Shown one piece after another: positions 1-9,750 of a stretch of 60,264 nt of DNA (position 1 is its first letter; each line of letters opens with the position of its first letter). Made by a program: the position numbers and the translations under genes. The notes under the pieces are model-generated. The model worked only from the letters and a program-made list of their open reading frames with translations, ran no database searches and was not told the DNA's origin. This stretch comes from an uncultured Acidimicrobiales bacterium (GTDB lineage Bacteria; Actinomycetota; Acidimicrobiia; Acidimicrobiales; UBA10347), in assembly GCA_943788915.1 (NCBI GenBank), contig CALSSD010000002.1, positions 1 to 60,264 on the forward strand. The letters are read 5' to 3'.

Positions 1-114
1 AGCGACGGAGGCCTGCTTCGGGTGCGGTGCAGTCCCACCACCACCGTGCAACGTGGCGACAAGGTTGGCCTGGCGTTCACCGGCGACGTCGCCGTGGCCT
101 TTCCCGCCGGATAA
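1..114 (+). CDS. 3' end of a gene cut by the window edge; resembles the TOBE tail of an ABC transporter ATPase
   Basis: Frame 1 reads SDGGLLRVRCSPTTTVQRGDKVGLAFTGDVAVAFPAG*, a TOBE-like 'GDxVxL' beta pattern. Confidence 0.5.
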   Translation, partial: SDGGLLRVRCSPTTTVQRGDKVGLAFTGDVAVAFPAG

Positions 115-270
115 CTAGCCGCACCCCGTGACGATTTCGGTTCCCGATGCAACGTCGCACACGCCGGTGATACATCCTGCATGGTCCTTGCAGCCGGACC
201 CCTGGTCGCTGAAGCCCAGGTCGCTGGAGCCCAGGAACATCGACTGACGGCAATCACTACCCTGCACACT

Positions 271-1776
271 GTGCAGATCGAACCGCTCGTCTCAACATGG
301 CAGCAAGTCCGAGGAACCCGTTCGCGCCTGAAGAAAGTCGACGCCGTACAGGCGCTTCTTTCCAGTGCTCCACTGGGCGATCTGCCCGCCATCGTCTCGT
401 ATTTGTCTGGCGAGCTCCCCCAAGGACGTATTGGACTTGGCTTCGCAGTGGTCGGCGCAGTCGACGCCCCCGCAGCAACACAGTCCTCGTTGACCCTTGC
501 TGATGTCGGCTCCACGTTGTCGCAGATCAAGGACGCAACTGGGCCAGGTTCCAAGAAGGCCAAAGCACAACTGCTGCATGACATGCTCGCTGAAGCCACG
601 GTCGACGAGCAGGACTTCTTGCGACGACTCCTCGTCGGGAGCCTGCGCCAAGGGGCACTCGAAGGAATCATGATGGATGCAGTCGCTGCGGCCGCTGATG
701 TCAACGCTCCCTTGGTGCGCCGGGCAGCGATGGTCACTGGTGACCTTGCGCTCATCGCCCGCCATGCACTCGCTGGCGGGGCCGAGGCGCTCGGCGAGTT
801 CGGGCTCGAACTTTTCACTCCGCTGCAACCAATGCTGGCCCAAACGGCCGAAAGCGTTACCGCGGCGATTGACAAGATCGGTGAGGCAGCGATCGAGTGG
901 AAGGTTGATGGCGCCCGGGTGCAGGTCCACCGCAGCGGCGACGAGGTACGCGTGTTCACCCGCAACCTTCGCGACATCACCAGCTCAGTGCCCGAAATTG
1001 TGCGATTGGTGAAGGAGCTCGACGTCGACTCAGTCATCTTGGACGGCGAGGCCGTCGCCATCCACTCCGATCAACGACCTGTCGCATTCCAGGAAACCAT
1101 GAGCCGTCTCTCAACGGGTGGTGACGGCGCCCTCTCTGTTGTGTTCTTCGACTGTCTACATCTGAACGGGCAGGATCTCATTGATCAGGACAGCACACAA
1201 CGCTGGATAGCACTGCAATCAGCACTCACACCCGAGTTACTGATCCCTCGACTCGTCACAGAAGACGCCGCCGCTGGCCAACTGTTCTTCGATCAAGCGA
1301 TTGCTGCCGGTTACGAAGGTGTCATGGCCAAGGCCCTCGACACCACCTACGAGGCCGGGCGCCGAGGAGCTGGATGGCTCAAGGTCAAACCTGTCCATAC
1401 GCTCGACCTGGTCGTGCTCGCGGCCGAATGGGGTTCGGGCCGCCGAAAGGGGTGGTTGTCGAATATCCATGTGGGGGCCCGAGACCCGAACCAACACGGG
1501 GCTTTCGTCATGCTCGGAAAGACGTTCAAAGGCATGACCGACGACATGTTGCGATGGCAGACCAAACGTTTCTTGGAACTCGAGACCCATCGCGACGGCC
1601 ATGTTGTGCATCTACGACCTGAGCAGGTCGTAGAAATCGCGGTGGACGGCATCCAAAGATCTCGCAGGTACCCCGGTTCGGTCGCCCTACGATTCGCTCG
1701 GGTCAAGCGCTATCGAGAAGACAAGGCGGCTGCCGACGCAGACACACTCGCCGCCGTGAAAGCGCTCGGCGGCTGA
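271..1776 (+). CDS. ligB: ATP-dependent DNA ligase (LigB type)
   Basis: Adenylation motif EWKVDGAR, ILDGE, YEGVMAK, WLKVK, ALRFAR; GTG 271 lies 7 nt after a TACCCT -10 box. Confidence 0.92.
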   Translation: MQIEPLVSTWQQVRGTRSRLKKVDAVQALLSSAPLGDLPAIVSYLSGELPQGRIGLGFAVVGAVDAPAATQSSLTLADVGSTLSQIKDATGPGSKKAKAQLLHDMLAEATVDEQDFLRRLLVGSLRQGALEGIMMDAVAAAADVNAPLVRRAAMVTGDLALIARHALAGGAEALGEFGLELFTPLQPMLAQTAESVTAAIDKIGEAAIEWKVDGARVQVHRSGDEVRVFTRNLRDITSSVPEIVRLVKELDVDSVILDGEAVAIHSDQRPVAFQETMSRLSTGGDGALSVVFFDCLHLNGQDLIDQDSTQRWIALQSALTPELLIPRLVTEDAAAGQLFFDQAIAAGYEGVMAKALDTTYEAGRRGAGWLKVKPVHTLDLVVLAAEWGSGRRKGWLSNIHVGARDPNQHGAFVMLGKTFKGMTDDMLRWQTKRFLELETHRDGHVVHLRPEQVVEIAVDGIQRSRRYPGSVALRFARVKRYREDKAAADADTLAAVKALGG

Positions 1777-1890
1777 CAGCATCGGTGGATCTCACCCCGC
1801 CCAGACGCTCAAATTCGCAGCCGCTGTCCCCATGCACAACGCGAAGCAACACCGCAGGGGCCGCATCAGCAGCAACGGCCTCGTCTACTG

Positions 1891-2529
1891 CTAGAAAACG
1901 GGAAACGGCTCGTCCGACGACCGTTCAGAGCGGGCAAGGGCATGGATGATTGGCCAGTCACCGTGTTGGGCCCGAGCGATTCCCATGACAATGTCGATGA
2001 TTTCTGCAGTGACATCAGGATGTAGCTCGGGAGTGGGCATGTCCACGCTGTGCGCGAGGTCATCGATGTGCATCCCGATCTCGATCATTCGGGTACGACA
2101 GAAATCGTCGAGTGTCAGCATGCGGTTCCCGAGTGCTCCAACGAGCCGGTCTTCAGGTTCTGCTGGCAAACGTTCCGCCAGCAACGCGGCAACTTCACCT
2201 GCCTTCGATCCGACCTGATCCGGTCCGGCAGTGGCTTCGTCGGCAGACACTTCCTTGATGCGGTCGTGAATGGGCGAGTCGACCGCAGCATGGAAGTACG
2301 ACACCGGGGTTAACAGCTCACCTTCGGGTTCTGTGTTCACGTCGGTTCGGTCGAGATAGGCCAGCGTTGCGCCAGTCGCTCGCACCAGGTGAGCAGCCAG
2401 CGCTCCTACTGTCATTCCAGCGAGTGAGCTCGGATCGTCCCATCTGTTGCGGACCGGAGCTGACGTGACGAGAGCAGCGGCCACAGTCGCTGCGTCGATG
2501 ACCATGTTGCGAGTACGCACTGAATCCAT
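1891..2529 (-). CDS. Mycothiol-dependent maleylpyruvate isomerase (MDMPI/DinB-like) family protein
   Basis: WDDPSSLAGMTVGALAAHL and TRMIEIGMHIDDLA metal-binding motifs. Confidence 0.8.
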   Translation of the reverse strand: MDSVRTRNMVIDAATVAAALVTSAPVRNRWDDPSSLAGMTVGALAAHLVRATGATLAYLDRTDVNTEPEGELLTPVSYFHAAVDSPIHDRIKEVSADEATAGPDQVGSKAGEVAALLAERLPAEPEDRLVGALGNRMLTLDDFCRTRMIEIGMHIDDLAHSVDMPTPELHPDVTAEIIDIVMGIARAQHGDWPIIHALARSERSSDEPFPVF

Positions 2530-2576
2530 AGCTCTTGGTTTACACGACCGCTCTCGTTACCCAGTAAAACTCACGT

Positions 2577-3494
2577 ATGACGTTTACCACGCCTCTCACT
2601 CGCGACGGCGACTCTCTCGTCGGACCATCCCGCTCGCCGGTCCAGATGTTGGCCGACCAGAGTTACGACGACCATCTCAGCGTGCACGACGAGGCAACCG
2701 CCGGGTCATTGGGCCTGAGCGGCGCCCCCATCGAGGGTCCTACCCACTTCTCGCAGTTCGACCCGATTGGGTTCGAGCTGTGGGGACAACACTGGTTCGA
2801 ATCCGGCTGCATCAGTAGCCATTTTTCGACCATGGTTGTCGAAGGACAACAGGTGCGAGCCCACGCGACCACGACAGGCCCCACATCGGCGTCGATCACG
2901 GCCGTGCGCGACGACGACGCAACCGTGCTCACCGGAACGTTGTCTATCGCTCCCCACCCCACGACAGCACTCGAAGAACGACTGGCCAACCGCCGAGACC
3001 CCGGAGAGTTGTTCATCGTCGACCAACTTTCTGAAGGCATGGTCAGTTCCGCCCCACTCGAGACATCAATGGACCTGGCAACAAGCAATGGGGCTCTGTA
3101 TCCGTTCTCCCTACAGCGCAAACTCGAAGGCATCACCGAACGCAGCCCGTGGTACGACACGAAGGACAATCCATGGGGGCGACCAATCGTGCCTTTGGAA
3201 ATGTTGAGCGTGCTGGCCAACAAGGTTGGTGAACGATGGCCGATCCGCCAGCCATCACTCGGCCTGTTCTTGGACCTCGAGGTGCGACTAGAAGGAACAC
3301 CCGTGTTCGTCGACGAAACGTACATCGTCGAACGCGAGGTTGTGGGTCTATCCGCAAGCCGCCGGGTGGAGTCCTACTGGACTCGCAGCACCCTCACCGA
3401 GAAGTCATCCGGGCGCCACGCAGCAACGATGCTGCTCCACTCTGGGGTCTTCAAGGACAGCTTCCCTGACTACCCAGCCGACAAGCTCGCATGA
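2577..3494 (+). CDS. Hypothetical protein, probable double hot-dog (MaoC-like) fold
   Basis: SVHDEATAGSLGLSGAPIEGPTH resembles the MaoC hydratase motif; overlaps the CoA-transferase start (ATGA). Confidence 0.6.
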   Translation: MTFTTPLTRDGDSLVGPSRSPVQMLADQSYDDHLSVHDEATAGSLGLSGAPIEGPTHFSQFDPIGFELWGQHWFESGCISSHFSTMVVEGQQVRAHATTTGPTSASITAVRDDDATVLTGTLSIAPHPTTALEERLANRRDPGELFIVDQLSEGMVSSAPLETSMDLATSNGALYPFSLQRKLEGITERSPWYDTKDNPWGRPIVPLEMLSVLANKVGERWPIRQPSLGLFLDLEVRLEGTPVFVDETYIVEREVVGLSASRRVESYWTRSTLTEKSSGRHAATMLLHSGVFKDSFPDYPADKLA

Positions 3495-4711
3495 AACCCC
3501 TCGACGACATCACAGTCATCGAAGTCGACAACTGGATGGCTGCACCATCGTGTGGCGCGATCCTGGCCGACATGGGCGCCAACGTCATCAAAGTCGAGCC
3601 ACTCACGGGTGACCCAATGCGTGACATGATGCGGCCGCCGAAGTTGCCCGACGAACTCAAGTCGTACGACTTCCAGTTTGATGTCGACAACCGCGGCAAG
3701 AAGTCGGTCGCGATCGATATCAGTAACGAACAGGGCGCGGCGGTACTCCATCGGCTGGTGGCCGACGCCGATGTGTTCCTCTGCAATCTGTTGACGGAAC
3801 GCCAAGAGCGCTTCGGGATGGACCCCAAGACCCTGCTTGGCCTGAACCCACGACTCGTTCACGCCACCTTTACGGGGTACGGCACGACCGGCCCTGATGC
3901 ATGGCGGCCTGGTTACGACGTCACCGCGTTTTTCGCTCGTTCCGGACTCTACGACGCCATGCGCGAAGGCACCGACGGCGACGTCCCCATGGCTCGTCCA
4001 GCACAAGGTGACCACACATCCGGTTTGGCGTTGTATGGAGCGATCGTTTCGGCGCTGCGGCTTGCTGAACGCAGCGGCGAAGGCCAAGTCGTCGAATCAT
4101 CATTGTACGAGACTGCGGTGTGGACCCAGGCGACCGACTACGCCGTGACCGCTATGGACAAGGCACCGCTGCGACAGCGCGACCGGCACCACCAGATCAT
4201 TGCCACCGCCAACAGGTACCCCTGCGGCGACGGTAAGTGGGTTGTCTTCAATATGCCCAACGATGCCATGTGGCCCCATTTCGCCCGCACTATTGGGTGC
4301 GAGCAGGCACTCGACGACGAACGGTTCGCAGACCTCCGCGGCCGGTTCAAGAACATGCCAGCGCTCGTCGACATTATTGATGAGGCCCTGTCCGCTCGCT
4401 CACGAGACGAGTGGGGTCCGGTGTTCGACGAAGCCGGGTTGATCTGGGGACCGGTCCTTGCCCTGCACGAAGTTGTCGTCGACCCCCAGGCCCTGGCCCT
4501 GGGAATGTTCCCCACGATTACCAGTCCCGACATCGGCGACTACACAACCGTGGCGAACCCACTCAAGTTCCGCACCGCTGATGTCGGACCGCAGGGTCCA
4601 CACCCCAAGATTGGTGAGCACACCCGAGCGATCCTGACCGACGCCGGATTGTCAGCCGACGAGATCGACAAGCTGATCGGCGACGACGTCATTGGCGAAC
4701 TCGACATCTGA
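3491..4711 (+). CDS. Class III CoA-transferase (CaiB/BaiF family)
   Basis: LADMGANVIKVEP, NRGKKSVAID, ADVFLCN, PGYD, GDHTSG. Confidence 0.92.
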   Translation: MKPLDDITVIEVDNWMAAPSCGAILADMGANVIKVEPLTGDPMRDMMRPPKLPDELKSYDFQFDVDNRGKKSVAIDISNEQGAAVLHRLVADADVFLCNLLTERQERFGMDPKTLLGLNPRLVHATFTGYGTTGPDAWRPGYDVTAFFARSGLYDAMREGTDGDVPMARPAQGDHTSGLALYGAIVSALRLAERSGEGQVVESSLYETAVWTQATDYAVTAMDKAPLRQRDRHHQIIATANRYPCGDGKWVVFNMPNDAMWPHFARTIGCEQALDDERFADLRGRFKNMPALVDIIDEALSARSRDEWGPVFDEAGLIWGPVLALHEVVVDPQALALGMFPTITSPDIGDYTTVANPLKFRTADVGPQGPHPKIGEHTRAILTDAGLSADEIDKLIGDDVIGELDI

Positions 4712-4795
4712 CGGCAAAAAATATGCGAGTGTTGGGAACTAATGGCTTCGTGCGGTCGTCGTAACCCCTGAAGCCCACCGCAGGAAGATTCCCCA

Positions 4796-6298
4796 ATGAC
4801 CGATCAGTCGTGCCGCCCCACGCACATCAAGCCAGCCGGTCTTGCAGCGTTACTCATGCTCGTGAGTCTGATCGCGGCCGCCTGCGGCGGCGCGGACTCC
4901 AGCGATACCACAAGCGAATCGTTTGAGTCAGCCGGCATGGCTTTCGATACCGCCGAAGAACCACGCAGCTTCGAGGGCGATTCAGTCGATGCAACAGAGG
5001 GAGAAGCAGTAGAAGGAGAACCAGCATCCGACTCCGACGATCGCTCGTCGTCGGGTGTGACAACCACCGGGTCTGCTGGATCCGAAGCCACAGCGCAGCT
5101 CCCCGACCTGGGCCGGGACATCATCTTCACCGCAACGCTGGAGATCGCGTCTACCGATGTCTCCGTCGCTACCCGCGAGGCGATCCAGTCCATCGAAGCG
5201 CGGGGCGGATTCTTGTTCTCGCAAGAGACTCGGGGTGGGGCTGCTGGATCCAGCGTGTTGACCTTCAAGGTCCTGCCCGACCAGTTCCAAGCAGCTCTCA
5301 ACGACCTCGGTTCGATTGGCGAGGTTCGTTCTCAGTCGATTTCTGCCGAAGATGTCAGCGCGGTCGTCGTCGATCTTGAGAGTCGGATCAATACCGCCGA
5401 AGCCAGCGTTGTAAGGCTGCGCAACTTGCTCGACGATGCAGCAGAACTCGAAACGATTGCCACCCTTGAGAACCAGCTGCTGCAACGAGAGACCACGCTT
5501 GAACAGCTTCGAGGCCAACTACGCGTCGTTCGAAATCGGGTCGATCTTGCAACGATCACGGTGATCGTCACTGAGCTGCTCAACCGCCCAGGAATCGCCA
5601 TCGACGCAATGTCCTACGGTGGCCACGATGGCGGTTTTAGCTGCTTCGATACCGGAACCGTTCGTTCCTTCGAAGCAGGTGATCCCGTGACCATCTGTTA
5701 CCGGCTCACCAACACCGGAGACACATCACTGGTTGATCTGACATTCGACGATCCCGCGCTCGGCGCTTCGATCGGCTCACTGGTGGTGGTTGACGGTTCG
5801 ACCAACCAGATCGATCCCGGACAATCAGTGTTGCTTGCTCAGGAGCTTGAGTTAGCGGAACCAGTTCGAGTCCGGACATCGGTCGCCGCCACCGGTCTCG
5901 ACGCCGACGGCAACGAGATCGAAGACGAGATTCGGGCCACCGCTGCCACCATGCGCTTCGCCGTCCTCGAGGTCGACGACGGTTTCCCATCCTTCGGCGA
6001 GGTGCTCAGCGACAGTTGGAACGCGCTGGTGACCGCTGCGCTCGTGATCGCCCTGGTCCTCGTCGCTGTTGCCCCGTTTGCCGCAGTGAGCCCTGGTCCT
6101 GGGCATTCCGGCAGGGCTGCTCATTCGCCGCCGCCGGGCGAACCGACCTCCCACTCAGCCCACCCAGCCAGCACCTCCGCTTCTCCTGCACCGCAACCGC
6201 CGCGTCCCCCGACCCCTGCCGCACCAGCGCCACCCGTTGGCAACGCAACATCCGTTGGCGACGCAACATCCGACGAGGACGACGCTCTAACCGCGTGA
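4796..6298 (+). CDS. DUF4349-domain lipoprotein with C-terminal membrane anchor; probable +1 indel near 6089
   Basis: Lipobox IAAAC; IIFTATLEI...EDVSAVVVDLESRI coiled coil; removing one base at ~6089 restores TM helix VALVLGIPAGLLIRRRR. Confidence 0.75.
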   Translation: MTDQSCRPTHIKPAGLAALLMLVSLIAAACGGADSSDTTSESFESAGMAFDTAEEPRSFEGDSVDATEGEAVEGEPASDSDDRSSSGVTTTGSAGSEATAQLPDLGRDIIFTATLEIASTDVSVATREAIQSIEARGGFLFSQETRGGAAGSSVLTFKVLPDQFQAALNDLGSIGEVRSQSISAEDVSAVVVDLESRINTAEASVVRLRNLLDDAAELETIATLENQLLQRETTLEQLRGQLRVVRNRVDLATITVIVTELLNRPGIAIDAMSYGGHDGGFSCFDTGTVRSFEAGDPVTICYRLTNTGDTSLVDLTFDDPALGASIGSLVVVDGSTNQIDPGQSVLLAQELELAEPVRVRTSVAATGLDADGNEIEDEIRATAATMRFAVLEVDDGFPSFGEVLSDSWNALVTAALVIALVLVAVAPFAAVSPGPGHSGRAAHSPPPGEPTSHSAHPASTSASPAPQPPRPPTPAAPAPPVGNATSVGDATSDEDDALTA

Positions 6299-6321
6299 GC
6301 GGCCGCACCTAGCCGCTATCT

Positions 6322-6358
6322 GGGACTCGTCACCGGAGGGGGTGACGAGTCCCTTCTT
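6322..6358 (+). terminator. Intrinsic terminator hairpin
   Basis: GGGACTCGTCACC-ggaggg-GGTGACGAGTCCC, a perfect 13-bp stem followed by TTCTT. Confidence 0.75.
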
Positions 6359-6374
6359 CGCGTCGTGCTTGACC

Positions 6375-6488
6375 TTGCCCCCCACCGCCCACGCTGCTAC
6401 CTTGGCTAACAAGCTACCTTCGATTACCAGTTACCCTAGTTAGCCCAGTACCCTATTTAGCCAGGTACCCCGGATTACCGACTACCGG
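6375..6488 (+). promoter_or_regulatory. padR promoter overlapped by a 17-bp-period degenerate tandem array (putative PadR operators)
   Basis: TTGCCC-N17-TACCTT with upstream TG; TACC recurs at 6398, 6415, 6432, 6449, 6466, 6483. Confidence 0.6.
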
Positions 6489-6508
6489 AAAACAGGCAGT
6501 GGAGCAGC

Positions 6509-6841
6509 GTGGAACACAGTTCGCAGTTATTGAAGGGAGTCCTTGACATGTGCTTGTTGGCCCTCATTGCCGAAGAATCCAGCTACGGCTACGAGATGGC
6601 AAGCAAGCTGCAAGACCGAGGACTCGAACTGGTCAGCGAAGGGACTATCTACCCCCTTCTGTCGCGACTTCAGAAGCGTGGGTACGTCGACAGCTATTTT
6701 GTCGAGTCGCCCGGCGGACCTCCACGCAAGTATTACCGCATCCAGCCGACGGGTTCCGAGCGGCTCCAGCATTGGGCTGGTGAATGGAACCGGGTCTCTG
6801 ACGGCGTGGGAGAGATTCTTAAGGGAAGCAATCATGTCTGA
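6509..6841 (+). CDS. PadR family transcriptional regulator (short subfamily)
   Basis: QLLKGVLDMCLL, SYGYEM, EGTIYPLLSRL, GPPRKYY. Confidence 0.93.
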   Translation: MEHSSQLLKGVLDMCLLALIAEESSYGYEMASKLQDRGLELVSEGTIYPLLSRLQKRGYVDSYFVESPGGPPRKYYRIQPTGSERLQHWAGEWNRVSDGVGEILKGSNHV

Positions 6842-7613
6842 CATCACCACCATCCTCAATGCTTGTGAATTGGTCTGGCGCCAACAAAGTGTTGGTTCCG
6901 TCGCTATCTCCGATATGCGAAGTGAACTCGAATCCCATTTGGTCGACGCTGCGTCTGCCGGCAAGTCACCTGAGTCGGTCATTGGCACCAACCTCGACGC
7001 CTTCGCTCGATCATGGATCAGCGGCCAGCCAGCCAGCGTCATACCGTTGTCGTTTAGCGCCGTGCAGACCGAACGAGAGGCACAAGCCGACGCAACTCGT
7101 ATGCGGCTCTACATCTCAATCGCAGCGATCATTGGTGTCACATTGCTCGGCGTGTTACTTGGCCCCAAGAGCAATTATTCGGGACTGGAGAGCTGGCAGT
7201 GGGTCTTTGTCCTGTCGACGTTCTCGCTGCTTATCGGCGAGATGTTCACCGGCGGTTTCTTCGTGCTGCCATTCGGCATCGGAGCAGCTTCGGCAAGCGC
7301 CTTGTCCTTTGCCGAGGTCGAACCTCCCGTACTTATTGGCGTGTTCACCGTCGTGTCGGCGCTTGCACTCTGGGGACTGCGAGAGTTCGCTTCGAAGGAC
7401 GACGGCGTGGTCTTCGCTGTTGGTGGCGACCGTTATGTGGACCAGACAGGCATCCTGACAGCACCCATTCAGGGTGTGGGCACGATTGGCCGGGTTCGCA
7501 TCGAGACCGAGAGTTGGATGGCGATCACCGACGGCAACCAGATGATCCCTGAAGGAGCGGTTGTGCGGGTCAGTGAAGTCCGGGGCACCCGCATGGTCGT
7601 AACGGCCACCTAG
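6834..7613 (+). CDS. NfeD-family membrane protein with an extra N-terminal helical (HAAS/DUF1048-like) domain
   Basis: N-terminal ELESHLVDAASAGKSPESVIGTNLDAFA; TM helices with IGEMFTGGFF; C-terminal GRVRIETESW...VRVSEVRGTRMVV OB fold. Confidence 0.8.
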   Translation: MSDITTILNACELVWRQQSVGSVAISDMRSELESHLVDAASAGKSPESVIGTNLDAFARSWISGQPASVIPLSFSAVQTEREAQADATRMRLYISIAAIIGVTLLGVLLGPKSNYSGLESWQWVFVLSTFSLLIGEMFTGGFFVLPFGIGAASASALSFAEVEPPVLIGVFTVVSALALWGLREFASKDDGVVFAVGGDRYVDQTGILTAPIQGVGTIGRVRIETESWMAITDGNQMIPEGAVVRVSEVRGTRMVVTAT

Positions 7614-7701
7614 CCCCGACCGCACAATCAGGAACGTGCTGCGTGCCAACCCAGTTTGCGCAGCAAAGCAAGCAAATTACAAGCAATAGAGGAGAAGAGA
7701 T

Positions 7702-8631
7702 ATGGATCCAGTTGCAGGGTTTTTCCTGCTGGTCATCGTGTTACTGGTGGTATTCGCTGCCCGTGGCATCCGTATGGTCCAGCAATCAGAACAGGGCCTA
7801 GTCGAGCAGTTTGGCAAGTATCAGAAGACGGTCGGCCCAGGGTTGCGTTTCATTGTTCCCTTCATTCAGAACTTGCAGCGCGTCGACATGCGTGAGCAGG
7901 TTGTAGACGTTCCTCCACAAGAAGTGATCACCCGTGACAATGTGGGCGTAACCGTTGATGCTGTGGTGTACTACCAGGCCACCGATCCGGTGAAACTCAA
8001 GTACAACGTCGCCAACTTCATCGTTGCTGCAACCAAACTTGCACAAACCAACCTTCGTAATGTGGTCGGTGATATGGATCTCGATGATGCCTTGACATCT
8101 CGAGACACGATCAACAATGAACTGCGCAACATCCTCGACGTAGCAACCGATGTCTGGGGAACTCGAGTCGTTCGAGTCGAGATCCAGCGCATCGACCCGC
8201 CGGCAGATGTCACCGACGCCATGCACCGCCAGATGAAGGCCGAACGTGACCGGCGTGCACAAATCACCGAGGCTGAAGGAACAAAGAGCGCTGCCATTCT
8301 CAAGGCCGAGGGTGTGCGCGAGTCACAGGTCCTTGAGGCCAACGGTCGAGCCGAAGCAATCAAACAACTCGCAGAAGCCGAAGCGTTTCAGCGAGTAACA
8401 CTGGCCGAGGGCGAAGCCCAGAGCATCGAGCGCGTGTTTCGTGCCATCCATGAAGGTGATCCGACACCGGACCTCCTCGCCGTCAAGTACTTGGAGACGT
8501 TGGGCACGGTCGCAAACGGCCAGGCCACGAAGATCTTCATGCCGCTTGAAACCAGTGGAGCGCTTGCATCGCTCGGCGCGCTCGGAGAGGTCTTCAACAC
8601 TGCGAAAGACGATCGTCCTGGAGACAGTTGA
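7702..8631 (+). CDS. SPFH/band 7 (QmcA/paraslipin-like) protein
   Basis: VDMREQVVDVPPQEVITRDNV, RVEIQRIDPP, QMKAERDRRA; SD GAGGAG. Confidence 0.93.
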   Translation: MDPVAGFFLLVIVLLVVFAARGIRMVQQSEQGLVEQFGKYQKTVGPGLRFIVPFIQNLQRVDMREQVVDVPPQEVITRDNVGVTVDAVVYYQATDPVKLKYNVANFIVAATKLAQTNLRNVVGDMDLDDALTSRDTINNELRNILDVATDVWGTRVVRVEIQRIDPPADVTDAMHRQMKAERDRRAQITEAEGTKSAAILKAEGVRESQVLEANGRAEAIKQLAEAEAFQRVTLAEGEAQSIERVFRAIHEGDPTPDLLAVKYLETLGTVANGQATKIFMPLETSGALASLGALGEVFNTAKDDRPGDS

Positions 8632-8665
8632 GACCTGACCACCCGGCGCCACGGCGTCGGGTGAT

Positions 8666-9721
8666 TCAGCACCACTCAAGCCATGCTCCATGGGGATGAC
8701 TTCGCCCCAGAACCGCAGCCTCGATCGGCTCACCGCCGCCAAGTTCAACTCGGCCCACTACCGAGTCAATGACACTGGGCTCGCCCTCATAACCCAGTTC
8801 ATCGACCACGCCAGCAGCTTCGAGGCTGTACCAATGGACGCGCCGGTCGCTAGCTGCCATCATCGCGAGCACAGCTTGGCGAGTCGGCTCGGGTAGGTAG
8901 AACCAGACCCAGCTTGTCGTCACCACCAGGGCAGTACCAGCGGGAGCCTGCGCCATGGCCTTCGCCAGCCCATCGGCCGCCTCGGCCGCTATGAGCCGAG
9001 GTGGTATTCGGTCTGCAACCTCGATCGCTGCTGCCAAACGGGCCTGACGTTCCGGTTGGCTCGGCCACAGGCACGCCTGCAGCCACCGTGCCTCGGCTGT
9101 GTTGGTCACATCAATCGGCGCCCGGTCGATACCGACTCGCCAGCTGATCGGTGGATGATCGGCTGCAACGTCGGGTGACCCGCTTCGCACTTCGCACTGC
9201 AACGTGAGTTGTGCATCGGCAGGTCCGGTTGACTCGACCTGCTCCCCCATCGTGTAGTCGATACGGAATTGGTCGGTGTTCAGATTGAGTCCGCCACTCG
9301 CTCCCAGGTCAATCCATGCCAGCGGCTGCTTCGCCCGTTTGGATGCATCACTCAGCATCAACGCCAGGATCGCAGCTCGGCCAACCTCGTTGGTCTGGGT
9401 GCGGCGAGTGCGCAGAAGCTCATCAATGGCGGCCCTGTTCGTAACGACGAGATCGGCGAAAGCGGGGGTGACGGGTTCGTCCACGGTGCCGTCGTAAATC
9501 TGCCGCAGCGGATGATTCAGACCTGACAGCAGTAGATAGTGCACCGCGGCAAACAGCAGGTTTGGTTGTTGGGCTTCGGGGTCATGCTTTGCGATCAACG
9601 CAACCAGGCCAGGGTGGTCACCAAGCTCGCTACAGACTTGGGCATACAACGGCGCGGCGCCGGCGAATGACTCCGTGCCGTAACTTCGATAGAAGTCGAC
9701 TACTTCGGCGTGATCTGACAT
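8666..9721 (-). CDS. DUF2332 family protein
   Basis: LLFAAVHYLLL, TQTNEVGR, DLGASGGLNL, WLQACLWP. Confidence 0.85.
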   Translation of the reverse strand: MSDHAEVVDFYRSYGTESFAGAAPLYAQVCSELGDHPGLVALIAKHDPEAQQPNLLFAAVHYLLLSGLNHPLRQIYDGTVDEPVTPAFADLVVTNRAAIDELLRTRRTQTNEVGRAAILALMLSDASKRAKQPLAWIDLGASGGLNLNTDQFRIDYTMGEQVESTGPADAQLTLQCEVRSGSPDVAADHPPISWRVGIDRAPIDVTNTAEARWLQACLWPSQPERQARLAAAIEVADRIPPRLIAAEAADGLAKAMAQAPAGTALVVTTSWVWFYLPEPTRQAVLAMMAASDRRVHWYSLEAAGVVDELGYEGEPSVIDSVVGRVELGGGEPIEAAVLGRSHPHGAWLEWC

Positions 9722-9750
9722 CGTGTGAACAGTAGCGAACGGGGCACAAT

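Noticed and set aside
6170..6298. Pro-rich tail and GTTGGCRACGCAACATCC duplication in the DUF4349 gene
   Set aside because: Ordinary low-complexity coding tail; the reading frame there is uncertain because of the indel
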